A DNA stretch of 64,000 nucleotides from Octopus bimaculoides (GCF_001194135.2 NC_068981.1:58538377-58602376); one strand, 5' to 3'. Positions 24,290 through 37,346 are shown, counted from the stretch's first letter. Program-made: numbers and translations. The notes: generated by a model from the sequence alone, not told the origin.

Positions 24290-24454
24290 TAGAACTAGAC
24301 TGAAAATCTAATAAATGAAACTTCCTGAAAAAAAGATAAAATCCCTAATTTCTGGCTGAAAGTTTTCCCTGAATCCCATGAAAGATTGATCACCTCCATA
24401 ATGACAGTATACATGACAAGGGAAAAAATCCCTCCCTGGTTAGTATATTGTGTA

Positions 24455-24930
24455 TTGGAACTCCTAACCCAAGAAATTATTGACCAACAACATATCTCAC
24501 AACCATGTACAAAATACTAATACCCATCATCTTTGAGTACATGTATACCTTTCTGATAGATAACAAAACATTTCAAAATAAACAAAAAGGCTGTAAACAT
24601 AGCTTGTATGGATGTAAAGACCAGCATTTAATCATTAAAATGCTGCTTCAAGATTGTGATAAACAGCATAAAAATCTCTTCATTGCATAGATTGATTTAA
24701 AAAAAAGCATTTGATAGTCTTGCCCTGTATATAATCTCTTTAGTTATAGGGAATTTTCAAACATCTGGTCCAAAACTTTGGAGATCAATCTTGATACTGA
24801 ATTTGGAGACAGACATTGTGAATGCTGACAACATCAAAATAAACTGCAACATTTTTCAAAGCGATTCTCTATCATCTATTCTATTTTGCATAGCTCTCAT
24901 CCACCTCAATAAGCTGTTGAATGACACAAG
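24455..24930 (+). mobile_element. R4/Dong-like non-LTR retrotransposon RT fragment
   Basis: NPRNY*PTTYLTTMYKIL, QKGCKHSLYGCKDQ, IDLKKAFDS and IFQSDSLSSILFCIAL match the R4/Dong RT motifs. Confidence 0.8.
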
Positions 24931-24933
24931 ATA

Positions 24934-26196
24934 TATCATGTGGTATCAAAAAATTCCTGGACTAGTTTTGTAACACACCAACAGATGGCAGTACACAGTT
25001 GCGAGCACAGTTGCGAGCACAGTGAGAGCTAGCAGTGGTCTTCATGAGGTAGTGTGCCAAGTGACACCATTGTTTACTTCACAAGTTGTGAAATTAGTGT
25101 GTTTTATGATAACGTGTATGTTGTATTCTGCAATTTTGTCATGGACAGGCAGCTGAAACAAAGAGTCAATGTGAAATTTGCGTTAAACTTGGGAAGTCTG
25201 CTACAGAGACACTAAGCATGCTTCAGCAAGGATGCAATGGGTCATATGCAATGTTTTGAGTGACATGGGTGCTTCAAAAGTGGAAAAACTTTCCTTGGAA
25301 GACAATGAGCAATCTGAAAGACCTGCCATGAGTGTCACCAGCAGAAATGTGGAGAAAATTCATTAGCATGCATATGAGGATCATAGGAGAACTATCAACG
25401 ACATTGCTGATATCGTTGGTCTGTCATATGGGTGTGTGCAGGCAATCCTACCATCTGAATTGAACATGTGGCATGTCTCTGCCAAGTTTGTCCCTCACCT
25501 TCTGACCACTGAGCAGAAAGAATATCACATCGCATTCTGTCAAGATTTCCATCAGCATGCCGCTGATGACCCAGCGTTCATGTCAAGGATCATTACCGTT
25601 GATGAGAGTTGGGTCTACGGGTATGACCTTGAGACAAAGCAGCAGTCATCACAATGGAAGAGGTCTTCATCCCCATGACCGAAGAAAGCACAACAGAGCC
25701 ATAGCTCAATCATAAGCATGCTCATTGCTTATTTTGACATCTGTGGTATGGTGCATCACAAATTTGTCCCCCAGGGCTAGACTGTCATCAAGAGTTCTAC
25801 TGTAACATTTTGAAGTGTTTGATGGAGGACATTTGGCGAAAGTGACCAGATCTGTGGAGTGCAAAGAATTAGATTCTTCACAACAGTAATGAACTCTGTC
25901 ACTGAGCTCTCCTCAGTCATGAGTTTCTCACCAAAAACAACACCCTATTCGCCAGATTTAGCACATGCAGACTTCCATCTTTTTCCCCAAGATGAAAATT
26001 CAGCTCAAAGGTCGCCGTTTTAACACTGCTGTTGAGATCCAGAGTGAATCGTAGAAGGTCCTCAACTCACAGAAAACAACTTTCTGGCAGGATTCCAAAA
26101 GTGGCAGGAACACTGGGACCGGTGTATTGTCGCACAAGGTGACTATTTCGAAGGAGATGACGATAAGACTTAGGTAAATAAGTTTTTTTATTAAAC
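24934..26196 (+). mobile_element. Near full-length decayed mariner element (DD34D)
   Basis: SAKFVPHLLT, RIITVDESWVYGYD, SPDLAHADFHLFP, WDRCIVAQGDYFEGD; right TIR cut off at 26197. Confidence 0.92.
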
Positions 26197-26228
26197 ACTA
26201 GCAGAGATACCTGGCGTTGCCCGTGTTA
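26197..26228 (-). mobile_element. Helitron-like 3' terminus (second copy at 38917-38945 +)
   Basis: GC-rich imperfect hairpin followed by GGTATCTCTGCTAGT, i.e. a CTAG-T end. The last 15 nt are identical in both copies. Confidence 0.6.
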
Positions 26229-26544
26229 CATGCAATTGAAGGATGAGACTTTTCTCTTATATTTCCTGTAAGGAATTGGAATGAATACTGCCTACATCTG
26301 GCGAAAAAACATAAACTGAATATATGAGAACTTTTAAAGTATTATGATTTTAAAATGGAGTCTTAATCCTTCGAATTTGGCTTTTAGGATGTCTAGCTTA
26401 AAATGCTTTGATGTCTCTGGGTGAGACATAGACCAGTTCGTACAAAATAAACCAAATCAAAATACAACAATAATATTTCACACAACTTCACAATTTGCCA
26501 GCAAATTTGAAGAAAGGAGAACTCGAAAACACCTATCTCAGTGC

Positions 26545-26865
26545 TTAGCTGGTAATTATTTTATCGACCCTGACGGAATTTGAACTTGAGTAGAAAGAAA
26601 TACAAGGCAAATTTTGTCCGGCGTGTTAACGATTCTGCCAGCTCGCCACTATGACATTAATTTTTTTTTAATTGTTTCTAACATAGGCACAAAGTCTGAA
26701 ATTTGGAGGAGGAGTTAGTTGATTTAATACTCTGCTGAAACTTTATTTTATCGACCTCGAAAAGATGAACGGCAAAGTTGACTTCGGCACGTTTTGAACT
26801 GTAAGTGACGCAACTAAATGCTGCAAAACATTTTGTCCAACGCTCCAACGATCGTTCCAATGTAC
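26545..26865 (-). mobile_element. Two copies of tRNA-derived SINE family C (others: 29529-29745 +, 29757-29942 +, 59910-60095 -)
   Basis: Shared GGCGAGCTGGCAGAATCGTTA..GAGTTCAAATTCC..TCGACTTTGCCTTTCATCCTT..TCGATAAAATAAGTACC layout. Confidence 0.8.
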
Positions 26866-27517
26866 TCTCATTATTTAATAATGTACACATATCTGACATT
26901 TAAAAAATATTTTGTTTCTAATTGGAGGCTTCCATCCCTGTATTTTTTCCAAATTTACCTAAATTAGAAACTATTGACACACCCGACTTATGGTAACTCT
27001 GGCTACATAGATTTGTTTAGTTAATCAGAGGCATTCTTTCCTTTTTATTTATTTATTCTTTTAATCTTCTTAAAAATTAATATTTCCACTTACGAAAATA
27101 ATTATTAACTATAAAACAAAAGAGATAAGCAAATATTAAGATAATTAATTCATTCAACGAGAGATCTAAGGGAATTGTGGAGCAGTAATTTATACAGAAA
27201 TTTCCACTGAGTAAATGAAAAGACAAAAACACTACAAACAAGAAAAAAAACACAGCTTTACGACAGTTTGTAAATACGATCTGATATATTTCTGAAAACT
27301 GATAAAACAGAAACAAACTAGCCTAGTGTACTAATAGTAAAATCACTTATCCAAGTCATTTCTTAGAAGGCGTTGATACGATAGGAGGAGTGTACAAAAC
27401 TGCTTATATATAATATTGTAAAAACATTGAAAACAAACAAAACCAACTACAGAACACAACTGATAATCGACAGCACAAGCTATAACCCACACGTAAAGGA
27501 ATACAGTCTAAATAACG

Positions 27518-27555
<38 letters not shown>

Positions 27556-28703
27556 GCAATACAAATGTATTACTTTCCAGTAAAATAAAGCACCGTAAAG
27601 GTATGAACATTTTCATGTGATGTAGCTTAGGAGTCGGTTTGTTATTAACCTCAAGTCATTAGGTCATCTCTGATCGGGACAGACTCAGGATGAAAGGCAT
27701 TCCATCCTTCACCCAGACAATGCAGCTAACACATTATGTGTCATTTTAAGGCAGTAAAATGTACTCAGAGGGGGAGACTTGACTGCTATTTCTAGCAGAT
27801 CTAACAATCGCATAGAGCCTCTTTCGTCAGCTGGAATGGGAGAGTTAAATCTAATTGTTGTTAATACTGTTTAAACATGTAAAAGCTTAAGTTTTATTTC
27901 TTATATTCTTAAAATAACGCGCGTAATACTTCTTCAAAATACATAATAAACTGCTGAATTCTATGGTTTATTGTAAATGGAACATAGACAAAAACATTTC
28001 ACTTATTCCCCGGGTCAAGAGTTCTTAACTTCCGACTCAAGATAAAAAAAATTTGTGAAATCTTTATACAATTATCACCGTGTTTATCTTCAGTGTATAT
28101 CGATTTAATAAATCACAACAAAATTCACAACTTTACTTAATTTATAGTAAAGCACTTTACTTACTATCCCAATTTCTGTCCTGTGAACCATCACGTAATA
28201 GTAGTTTACGTAGCTAAAATGGAAGCTATCTATTTAATGGATTACATTTATATTTCTTTGGTCATTGATTTTTACCTTTAATAGTTATCGTTAAAGAATA
28301 TTTTTTTAATCGTATTAGACTGGCGATCTGTATAGAACACAGTGCACAACCCACCCCATTATTAGTGTCCAACTTGGTGACATTATTCGCAAACTGGTTC
28401 CGTTACACATACAACTTTCTTGCCAAGATCATTAAATCATTTTATATACGATTAATAACTCCATATTGAGGGAAATGTAATACTGATAAAAAAAGATAAT
28501 AATAAATGGCAATATGTTGTCATGAAGAAATTTTGTGTCCGTACATTGGTGCATTGGTTATAATCATTATGTTTCTGAAGTAGTGTTAACAAGAGTAGAT
28601 GAAGAAAATAACTTCAGAAAGTAAATTTACTGTATAATATAATTATAATTATATTATATATATTACAGATTGATAATAAAAGACAAATGAAAACATAAAT
28701 TAC

Positions 28704-28861
28704 CAGAATAAATGGCCACATTTACTGACCACGGCATCTCGTGCAGAGTCTAAACAAATATTACATTCGTAATCTGAATTCGTCGTATCACTTTGTCGAT
28801 ATCTTGTATCCTCACTTCCTTGACCATCTTTTGAAGATGATCCAGTATCCCACTCACTCAT
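28704..28861 (-). CDS. RNF185: RNF185/RNF5-family RING E3 ligase, coding exon 1 ([52 protein letters not shown]+TG)
   Basis: Minus-strand ATG at 28861-28859, preceded by a pyrimidine tract and CAG. Translation holds the first half of a C3HC4 RING (CNIC...CGH). GTAATT donor after 28704; 158 nt, ends in phase 2. Confidence 0.95.
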
Positions 28862-28864
28862 TCT

Positions 28865-29200
28865 GGACCAGTTAAAAAAAAAAAGAGAAGAGGAAAGAAA
28901 ACGCTCCTGACACTTGTGTTATGTATGTTAACAACTGAGCACTGATACTGCGCATGTCACAAGAAGGGACATAACACGTGATGTCAGCTAAACGAGAAAT
29001 GTTGACTGGATACTTCATTACAATTTTTATATATATACATATATAGCGTTTGTAGAAATACATAAATCCGGAGCAGAAATATACACAACTCCCTCGCACA
29101 TTTTAAAGCTAATACAAATATAATTTCATTACTTTGATATTTAAAAAGAAAATATAACGACAGCAATTTACATTTTGGGGCAGTTTTCATTTTATATTAT
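28865..29200 (-). promoter_or_regulatory. Probable promoter / 5' UTR region of RNF185
   Basis: Directly upstream of the ATG and visibly CpG-richer than the bulk window. NRF1-like TGCGCATG at 28949-28956 and E-box CACGTG at 28975-28980. TSS not determined. Confidence 0.4.
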
Positions 29201-32200
29201 ATATACTAAGATATTTCTGATAGTTTTCAAAGATAAACTTTTTTTTTTGCTATAGTAACAAAAGTTTTGCTTCTTTTTAAATACTCATTGTGGAACATCA
29301 CTGATTTCAATGGAAAGGACATACCTAATGTTGTCGAGAACCAAACAGAAACTCATACAAATTTTCATTTGAATTCATTTAGAATTTACAAATGTAATGT
29401 AAGTATATTAAAAATGGAACTTATTTGTAACAGGTCAGAGAATTAGTAGTAAGGTAACATTAATACAGAAAGTGGGGCAAGAGGAAAATTCCAGTCGATT
29501 GAAGTTTTATTTCTCTTAAGATATATAAGGTGGTGAGCTAGCAGAATTGTTAGCATACTAGGGGAAATGCTTAGTGGAATTTCATCTGTCTTTGTGTTCT
29601 GAGTTCAAATTCCACCAAGGTCAACTTTGCTTTTCATCCTTTAGGGTCAATAACATAATTACCAGTAGAGCACTGGGGTCGATATAACTGACTTACTCCC
29701 TCCCCTGAATTTTGTGGCCTTGTGCCAAAATTTGAAACCAATATTAGAGATAAATGTAAGGTGACAAGCTGGCAGTACCCTTAGCACGTCCAGCAAAATA
29801 CTAAGCAGTATTTCATCTGTTTTTACCTTCTGCGTTCAAATTCCATTCAAGGTTGACTTTGTCTTTCATCCCTTCAGGATCGATAAAATAAGTACTTACC
29901 CCCTGCCTAAACTTGCTGGCCTCGTGCCAAAACTTGAAATCAGTATTAAAGATAAATTTGGTGAAAAAGAAAGAGAACTGCATTTGTGAAAGAATGGTTG
30001 TAGCATGTTGAGTCAACCAAATGGCCTTCACCTCTCTCAGCAATGTCACTCAAGTATAATCAGTATTCTAATATGGTTGCACTTGAGCTTTGTAGGTCAG
30101 TAACAGATCAAACCTAAAATGTTTGACCCTGAAAAGCAAATCTAGTCTTTGGGAAGCCATTTTGAAAATCATTTATAAATGTCAGACATCACAATCCATG
30201 ACCACATCATAATTGTTGACCTTGAAATGTGGACATGGATTGTGATGTCTGACATTTGTAATGATGGGGGAAGTTAATTGTGTGTTGTTCATACGTATGA
30301 GTCGGTGGACTGTAATGCTTTCTCTTTATTACATGTAACAATTATATCTTGGTGCTATTAAAGGAAGCTAGTTTGTCATGTCCAGTAATGGAAATAGTTT
30401 TGGAAAACTTGATAGGGAAAAGTGGGATAAGTTGAAATACCTCTCTCTAAACAGAAATAAAGAACCTGTGCTGCCATCTTGTGAGAGCCTCTTATAGTAA
30501 AATTTTCACTTGTAAGAAATATTCAGTTTGTTTGTAATAAATTGTTTCTGTGTTAATCAAAATGGGACAGCAGATAATTTGCCAGTTTCATTCTGTATTG
30601 TGTATATTACATATGATGAGGTCATTATTGAATGGAACTAGTTGGAACATAGTGAGAGAGGTTAGGTAAAACATATTCCAAGTAACCCACATGTACACAG
30701 ACATTTGAGCACAAAAGGAAGCCAGGAGTTTGACATTTGAGTATGCGAATCAGCTTTATGGATACCTTATTCTTGAATGGAGAATCAAAATGCATTCAAA
30801 GAGTGGATGAATAATTTTGTGAAAGAGTATGCAGACTGTTCATCAAGGACAACTGAGATTTCATCACTCAATCATGCAACCAGCTTCTATCATCATAATT
30901 TGATCAACTTTGTAATAACTATGAAACTGTTTTTGAAAGATATTGGTTCACTCTAGATAAGACATAGAATCTTAATGAAAGTGAATATATGACAGGCATT
31001 GCTGAGGCCAAGAAAAATCATCACTGAAAAAAGGTAGGAAATAAGTTGGAGCCATAGTACCAGCAGAACAAGGATATTGAGTGACTATTTACTGTGAAAT
31101 CAGTGCTATGTAGAAAACTATTTCTCCTATGTTTGTATTTTCTCAAGTTTACTTTAAGGATCAGTTTCTTCATGGTACATTATCATGTTGTATTTGCGTG
31201 GCCTATAGACTAGGGTGGATGACATTAAAAAAATTTCCTGCTTTCATGATTTATTTTGTGGCACACCTTAACTCTGCACCAAGAAAGCCCCATCAGCATA
31301 AAGGTCATTTACTATGCCAAGAGAATAGAAGTGTGTTGCTATTGTTTCCCAACACAGTTTGCACAAGGTGTAGTCCCTTGATAGAACTATTTAGGAGTCT
31401 TTCAAAATCCAGACAAATTTTCAGCTGATGCATGAATGAAGGAAAACATGGGGGAAATGATGATAGTATATGAAATTTTTGGATTAGATAGGAAGACACT
31501 TCTTTGAGCCTTGAATCCTTACAACATCCAATTGTCCTTCAGACTAACAGATACTTATCCTTTAGACAGGAACATCTTTACTAATTGTAGTTTCTTTCCT
31601 TATAATATAACAGATTCTCCTTTAAACATTGATGAGAATTCTATTGCATCAGGATATGCAACAATCAGTTTCACAGTACTTGCTCCACTGACCCTAAATA
31701 GTAAAACATTAAGCCAACCAGGGCCATCAGGCTCATATCTCTTTATTCTATCATTTCATGAAAGCTGGACCAAGGAATAGAAAAGGTTGGAGAAAACCTG
31801 AGAGAACACGAGTTCTCATTGATACTAATAAAGTTTTAAATTGCAAAGCAAACTGAGAAGAGGAAGAAGAAATCATCTAAGGGATAAAAAAGCCCAAAAC
31901 TATAAGATATTTGTTGAAGACTCCACACAAAGACTGTTAGGGTGAAGAGAGCAATTTCATCCTTGGACAACATATGTGATGAAGAGGAACAATATGATGG
32001 TGAGCAAACAGGAATGGAGAATCTCTTCAAAAGGAACTGTTTTCCATGTACTTTTCAGGGAATAAATTGGTGAATTGTTAAGTCGTAATGGTCAATGAAA
32101 CGAACAAACATGACAATACAACCAATAAAATCATAAAACAAGTTACAAGCAAAGATTTTGCATGTCCCAATTTCCAGTGCTGAATGATGCTGAAATATGC

Positions 32201-32939
32201 TCACATGAATGTAAGGACATTGTATCTATTTTTGCCAGCTCAGTGGAGAAAATAAAGTACTGCCTGCAGAAACTTGTATCTCTCATTGATCTATTGGCTG
32301 GCAAGCCAGATTAAATACAAAGATAGTTGATGGGTGAATAAACCAAAGTGACAATCATGTCTAGTTAAAATTACATTAAAAATATCCCATTGGAATTGAA
32401 ATTTGAAATGATGCAAATGCCATGCTTGAAAAGACCCAGCAAGCCAAATGAGATTGTAGTTGTGGCTGATGCCAGTGTTGCATAACTGGTCCATTTAAAA
32501 GTACCCTTCAATCATTGAGCAATACACAATGCTTGTGAAGACCTGTTGAACTGAGTGAAATCATAGTCATGGCCAATGCCAGTGCTGCCTGACTAGCACC
32601 CATGCTGGTGGCACGTAAAAAGCACTATTCGAGTGTGACCATTACCAGTGCTGCCTGACTGGCACCCATGCCAGTGGCATGTAAAAAGCACCCACTACAC
32701 TTTCAGATTGGTTGGCTTTAGGAAGAGCATCCAGCTATAGAAACCTTGCCAAATCAGATTGGAGCCTGGTACAGCCTCCCGGCTTGCCGGTTCTCAGTCA
32801 AACTGTCCAACCCATGCCAGCATGGAAAGTGGACATTAAACGATGAGGATGATGATGATGATACTTGATTAGCTGTATAATTACTGGTGCATTCCAATAT
32901 GCTCTACACCATGCCATGCTGCATATTTCAATCTATTCC

Positions 32940-33600
32940 ACCATTAAAAGCTGTGATGGATGAGACTAGCCACAGACAACCAGACAGTTACCATGACCTT
33001 CTTTTGGTGCAACTTTGGCTTCGGGAAGTGTCGTGGAGCTTCGTCGGCGTCCAGCCACTGAGCTAAGCATCGCCGGTTGTTGTAAAGAATCCACTTTCTA
33101 TCGATAGTCACAATCTGGTTGAGAAACAGGTCGTTCTTGTTGCATAAAAGAAGGGAAGATGACACTTCAGAACGGTGTTTTTTTGGGTTGTCGTTCAATT
33201 CGTGCAGCACCCATTTCTCAAGTATTTTTGTTTTTCCGATCTCTTTCAGGTGGTTGAAAATTGTCGTATATGTTACGTCTAATTCAGAAGCAAGCTCTCA
33301 AACAGTTGTGCGTGGATTGGCTTCGACTAAGGCTCTTAGTTGATCGTTGTCAACATCCAATGGCCAACCACTACGCTTGTCATCTTCAAAACTCTCGTCA
33401 CCGCTACAAAATTTCTTGAATCACCATTGTGCTGTACGTTCATTAGTGGTTCCTGGGTCAAACGCATCATTGATATTGCGAGCTGTTTCAGCAGCTTTTT
33501 GGCCTAGCTTGAACTAGAATAAGAAAGTTGTGTGAATTTGCTTTTCGTCCATGTTGTATTCAATGTTCCAGAAAAAATGGCCTAATTATTCAAAAAGAAA
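32940..33600 (-). mobile_element. mariner remnant (cecropia/Hsmar1-like)
   Basis: HELNDNPK, QIVTIDRKWILYNN, KPKLHQKKVMVTVW. Confidence 0.9.
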
Positions 33601-33929
33601 AAGAGTAACATGATTAGATAGAGCAAAAAATGGGCTTTAAAATGATATATAAAGTCAAAGTAATTTAACAGAAATTAATTTGAAAATACGTCATTTAAAC
33701 CCAAAATTAAAAATTCTGCAAGAACTTTCTTGACANNNNNNNNNNNNNNNNNNNNNNNNNNNNNNNNNNNNNNNNNNNNNNNNNNNNNNNNNNNNNNNNN
33801 NNNNNNNNNNNNNNNNNNNNNNNNNNNNNNNNNNNNNNNNNNNNNNNNNNNNNNNNNNNNNNNNNNNNNNNNNNNNNNNNNNNNNNNNNNNNNNNNNNNN
33901 NNNNNNNNNNNNNNNNNNNNTATATATAT

Positions 33930-34305
33930 AATACAAATGATATATGAGCATATGCATGTATATATACATATATGTACATACCTACATCTACATGTATATA
34001 TAGATGCTTATCCGGGTACAGGACGTCAGAAAAGGAACGGGAACAAAAGCACAGAAACAGACTTTTTTTTACAGACAACAAAACGTACACATAGGAAAAC
34101 AGACAAGCCACTTATGGAACTTTTCCTTCATCAGCTGCCTCTATTCTAAACTAGGCGTTTCGAAGATGAGGCAGAAGCGCTCTTAGAATAGCTCTTCCTG
34201 TTTAGTGGATTAACCTGCTAAACAGAGGGTTCCAAGTTAGCAAACACAAACCAACACAGGAAAAATTAAACAGTGAAAACAACATTAAAGGCCGTAGGGC
34301 CAAAC
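33930..34305 (-). repeat. Interspersed repeat also present at 16092-16290 (+), associated with microsatellites
   Basis: Shared TAGAATAGAG(G/A)CAGCTGATGAAGG..TTCC..TTTTCCTATGTG..GACGTCCTGTACCC..GTAGATGTA.GTATGTACAT. Confidence 0.75.
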
Positions 34306-35034
34306 ATCATCATCATCATCATCGTTTAACGTCCACTTTCCATGCTAGCATGGGTTGGACGATTTGACTGAGGACTGGTGAAACCGGATGGCAACACCAG
34401 GCTCCAATCTAAATTTGGCAGAGTTTCTACAGCTGGATGCCCTTCCTAACGCCAACCACTCAGGGTGAATATGGTACTTAAGTTTAAGCACCAGAATTAA
34501 GTATGGCATTATCCATACAATTCCAAAATAAGGTGATTAAAATCAAAATAAGCAACAAGGATATCCAAAGTTTATGCAGTACGATCGTTTCATGTGACTC
34601 CATTTATTTAAGCAATGTAAACATTACATTAANNNNNNNNNNNNNNNNNNNNNNNNNNNNNNNNNNNNNNNNNNNNNNNNNNNNNNNNNNNNNNNNNNNN
34701 NNNNNNNNNNNNNNNNNNNNNNNNNNNNNNNNNNNNNNNNNNNNNNNNNNNNNNNNNNNNNNNNNNNNNNNNNNNNNNNNNNNNNNNNNNNNNNNNNNNN
34801 NNNNNNNNNNNNNNNNNNNNNNNNNNNNNNNNNNNNNNNNNNNNNNNNNNNNNNNNNNNNNNNNNNNNNNNNNNNNNNNNNNNNNNNNNNNNNNNNNNNN
34901 NNNNNNNNNNNNNNNNNNNNNNNNNNNNNNNNNNNNNNNNNNNNNNNNNNNNNNNNNNNNNNNNNNNNNNNNNNNATATTATATATCACTCCACCCCTAG
35001 AACACTTGCAAGTCAGCAATCCAGCTGAATTTTG

Positions 35035-36225
35035 ACTTTTTTATCACTGCGGATATAAAAACAGAGGCAGTGATGATTGATTACATCAATATAAAAGAAG
35101 GCGATGTAATAAGGGCTTTAGATGAAATGAACCCAAACTCAGCTACTGGCCTTAATCAATTCTCAGCAATCCTTCTAAAAGCCCATAAGCAAGTTCTAGC
35201 AAGACCACTGCAGTCTCTCTTTCAGAGCTTCCTTGCAACTGGCAAACTTCTAAGCAAGCTGAAGGAGGGTAAAATATGCCCTATTCATAAAGGAGGTAGC
35301 AGAGCAGTGGCCAAAAACTACAGATCTATCTCTCTGACTTTGCACGTCAGCAAAGTCATGGAATGAATAGTCAGAAGAAAACTAATTACCTTCCTTGAGG
35401 AAAATGACTAACTGACTGATACCCAACAGCGTTTCCAACCAGGAAGAAGCTGCCTGACTCAGCTCTTACAACACTATGACTGGGTGCTGAAACAGCTGCT
35501 CAAACACCCAAATGTGGAAATGATATATCTTGACTTTGCAAAGGCCTTTGATAAAGTTTATCATGGAATGATATGTCACAAGTTGCGTGATCTCGGCATA
35601 GTCAGGAAATTGGGAGAATGGCTACATGACTTTCTGAAGGACAGAAGTCAGGTGGTAGTTGTCAGTGGGGTCACCTCCAATGACACGCAAATGGTGAGCA
35701 GTGTTCCACAAGGCACTGTTTTGAGACAACTACTGTTCATAATGGCCCTTTCAGATATGCCCTCACCCACACAGAGAGCCACGATCACAAGTTATGCAGA
35801 TGATACAATAGTCTCACAGGTGACACAGAACCCTGAAGACACTATGTGCCTGCAATGTGAGTTAGATGAAATATACAAGTGGGCTGAAAAGAATAGCATG
35901 CAGTTTAATACTGAATAGTTTCAAGCCTTGTGCTATCAGCATGCAAAACTAAATGCAATACCAATTAAATACACTGGCCCTGGAGGGATTGCAATACCAG
36001 AAACACTGTCAGTGCAAGACCTGGACTTCTTACTGTCAAGTGTCCCAGATGAACCAACTTCACAGCAGGAAGTGTAGATGAGGGCAGTGGCATCAAACTC
36101 CCTCATGCACCAAATGTCAATGTCTGAAAAGAATTAGTGAAGTAAAATTATGTAGCAACACCAAATGGCAATGCGTGCCCCCAGCATGAGCTGAAACTAT
36201 ATCAAATCAAATCAAATCAAATCAA
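35035..36225 (+). mobile_element. CR1/L2-group LINE RT region with (ATCAA)n 3' tail
   Basis: NYRSISLT, YLDFAKAFDKV, SVPQGTVL, SYADDT; tail at about 36200-36225. Confidence 0.92.
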
Positions 36226-37022
36226 AGGGTAAAAATTATTAAATAATTATTTGCTAGTGGCTAGCAAGTGTAATAAGAGTTACTGCTATACTACGCTGGT
36301 GTTGCACGTTGCTTTTGAGGGCATTCTGAGGTGAATCCATGATGTATAAGCATGGAACTGAGTGCTTGCTTTGTGTTTTCGGTATGTATTGCAGTTTTAT
36401 GTTTATGCATTTAATTAGCAACCTTACTGATGAGCATTGGATAATTAAATAATCAATAATTATCTTATTAGTTGTTTTATTTGGTCATTAATAGCAACAC
36501 TTATAAGTATAAGGTTTACTGTTTTTTTATTCACTCAAATGTCTTGCTTGAGAGTACAAATTAACGTGCTTTAATCCAAGAATATTCTTTTCTTGATTTA
36601 AGGATTTGACTGCCATTTGTAGCATGTAAGAAATCCACATGGTGGTTTTCTCTTCGTGTATGTTTCATACACTATTATATATATATATATATNNNNNNNN
36701 NNNNNNNNNNNNNNNNNNNNNNNNNNNNNNNNNNNNNNNNNNNNNNNNNNNNNNNNNNNNNNNNTATATATACACACACACACACACATAATATATATGT
36801 GTTTGTGTGTGTGTGTGTGTATGCATGTGTGTCGTCAAGTATGAAATTTATGTAAGGTATATGGTAAACTTTGACAGCTGCTCATTTTGCACCATTATTA
36901 TATTTTGACAATTTTTATTTTTTGTTAGAAATCTGACACATCTATTTCTTTATTCTAACTCATTTTGAGCTTTATAATGTATTTATATATCGTTCTTTGT
37001 TACTTTTGTTTAGAGATGGATA

Positions 37023-37128
37023 ATTATTTACATTATTTACATATGACGGATATTTGTCCTCATATGGCGTAGTGGTTAAGGGCGCAAACTACTAACCCCA
37101 AGATTCCGAGTTCGATTCGAAGTAGTGA

Positions 37129-37164
<36 letters not shown>

Positions 37165-37346
37165 CAACATTGAAAAATACCTTAGGAATGAGAACCTAGG
37201 TTTGAAATTTCCCCCAAAACACCTGAAGGTTGGAGGGTTTATCAGCCGAAATGTTGTGTTAACAACAAACAAGATGAGGACAAATATCCGTCATATGTGA
37301 ATAATGTAAATAATATACACAATTCCTCATCTCTGAAATATAGAAC
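37023..37346 (+). mobile_element. Small chimeric element: inverted repeat + tRNA-like head + (TAA)n + decayed hammerhead-like motif, with an 11-bp TSD
   Basis: IRs at 37023-37063 and 37274-37314 (40/41 match); A box TGGCGTAGTGG, B box GTTCGATTC; direct repeat AGAGATGGATA at 37012-37022 and 37347-37357. Confidence 0.7.

Noticed and set aside
24995-25030. 12-bp tandem CACAGTTGCGAG x2-3
   Set aside because: A small slippage duplication within the mariner 5' UTR with no sign of function.
30300-32050. Several short ORFs with faint LINE endonuclease-like words
   Set aside because: Too degenerate to assign by eye; probably an old LINE, and not supportable as a gene.
32944-33210. SETMAR-like or craniofacial development protein 2-like host gene calls (also 2791-3768, 58800-59400)
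   Set aside because: These are common mis-annotations of mariner transposase and RTE endonuclease fragments; there is no SET domain and there are stops and frameshifts.
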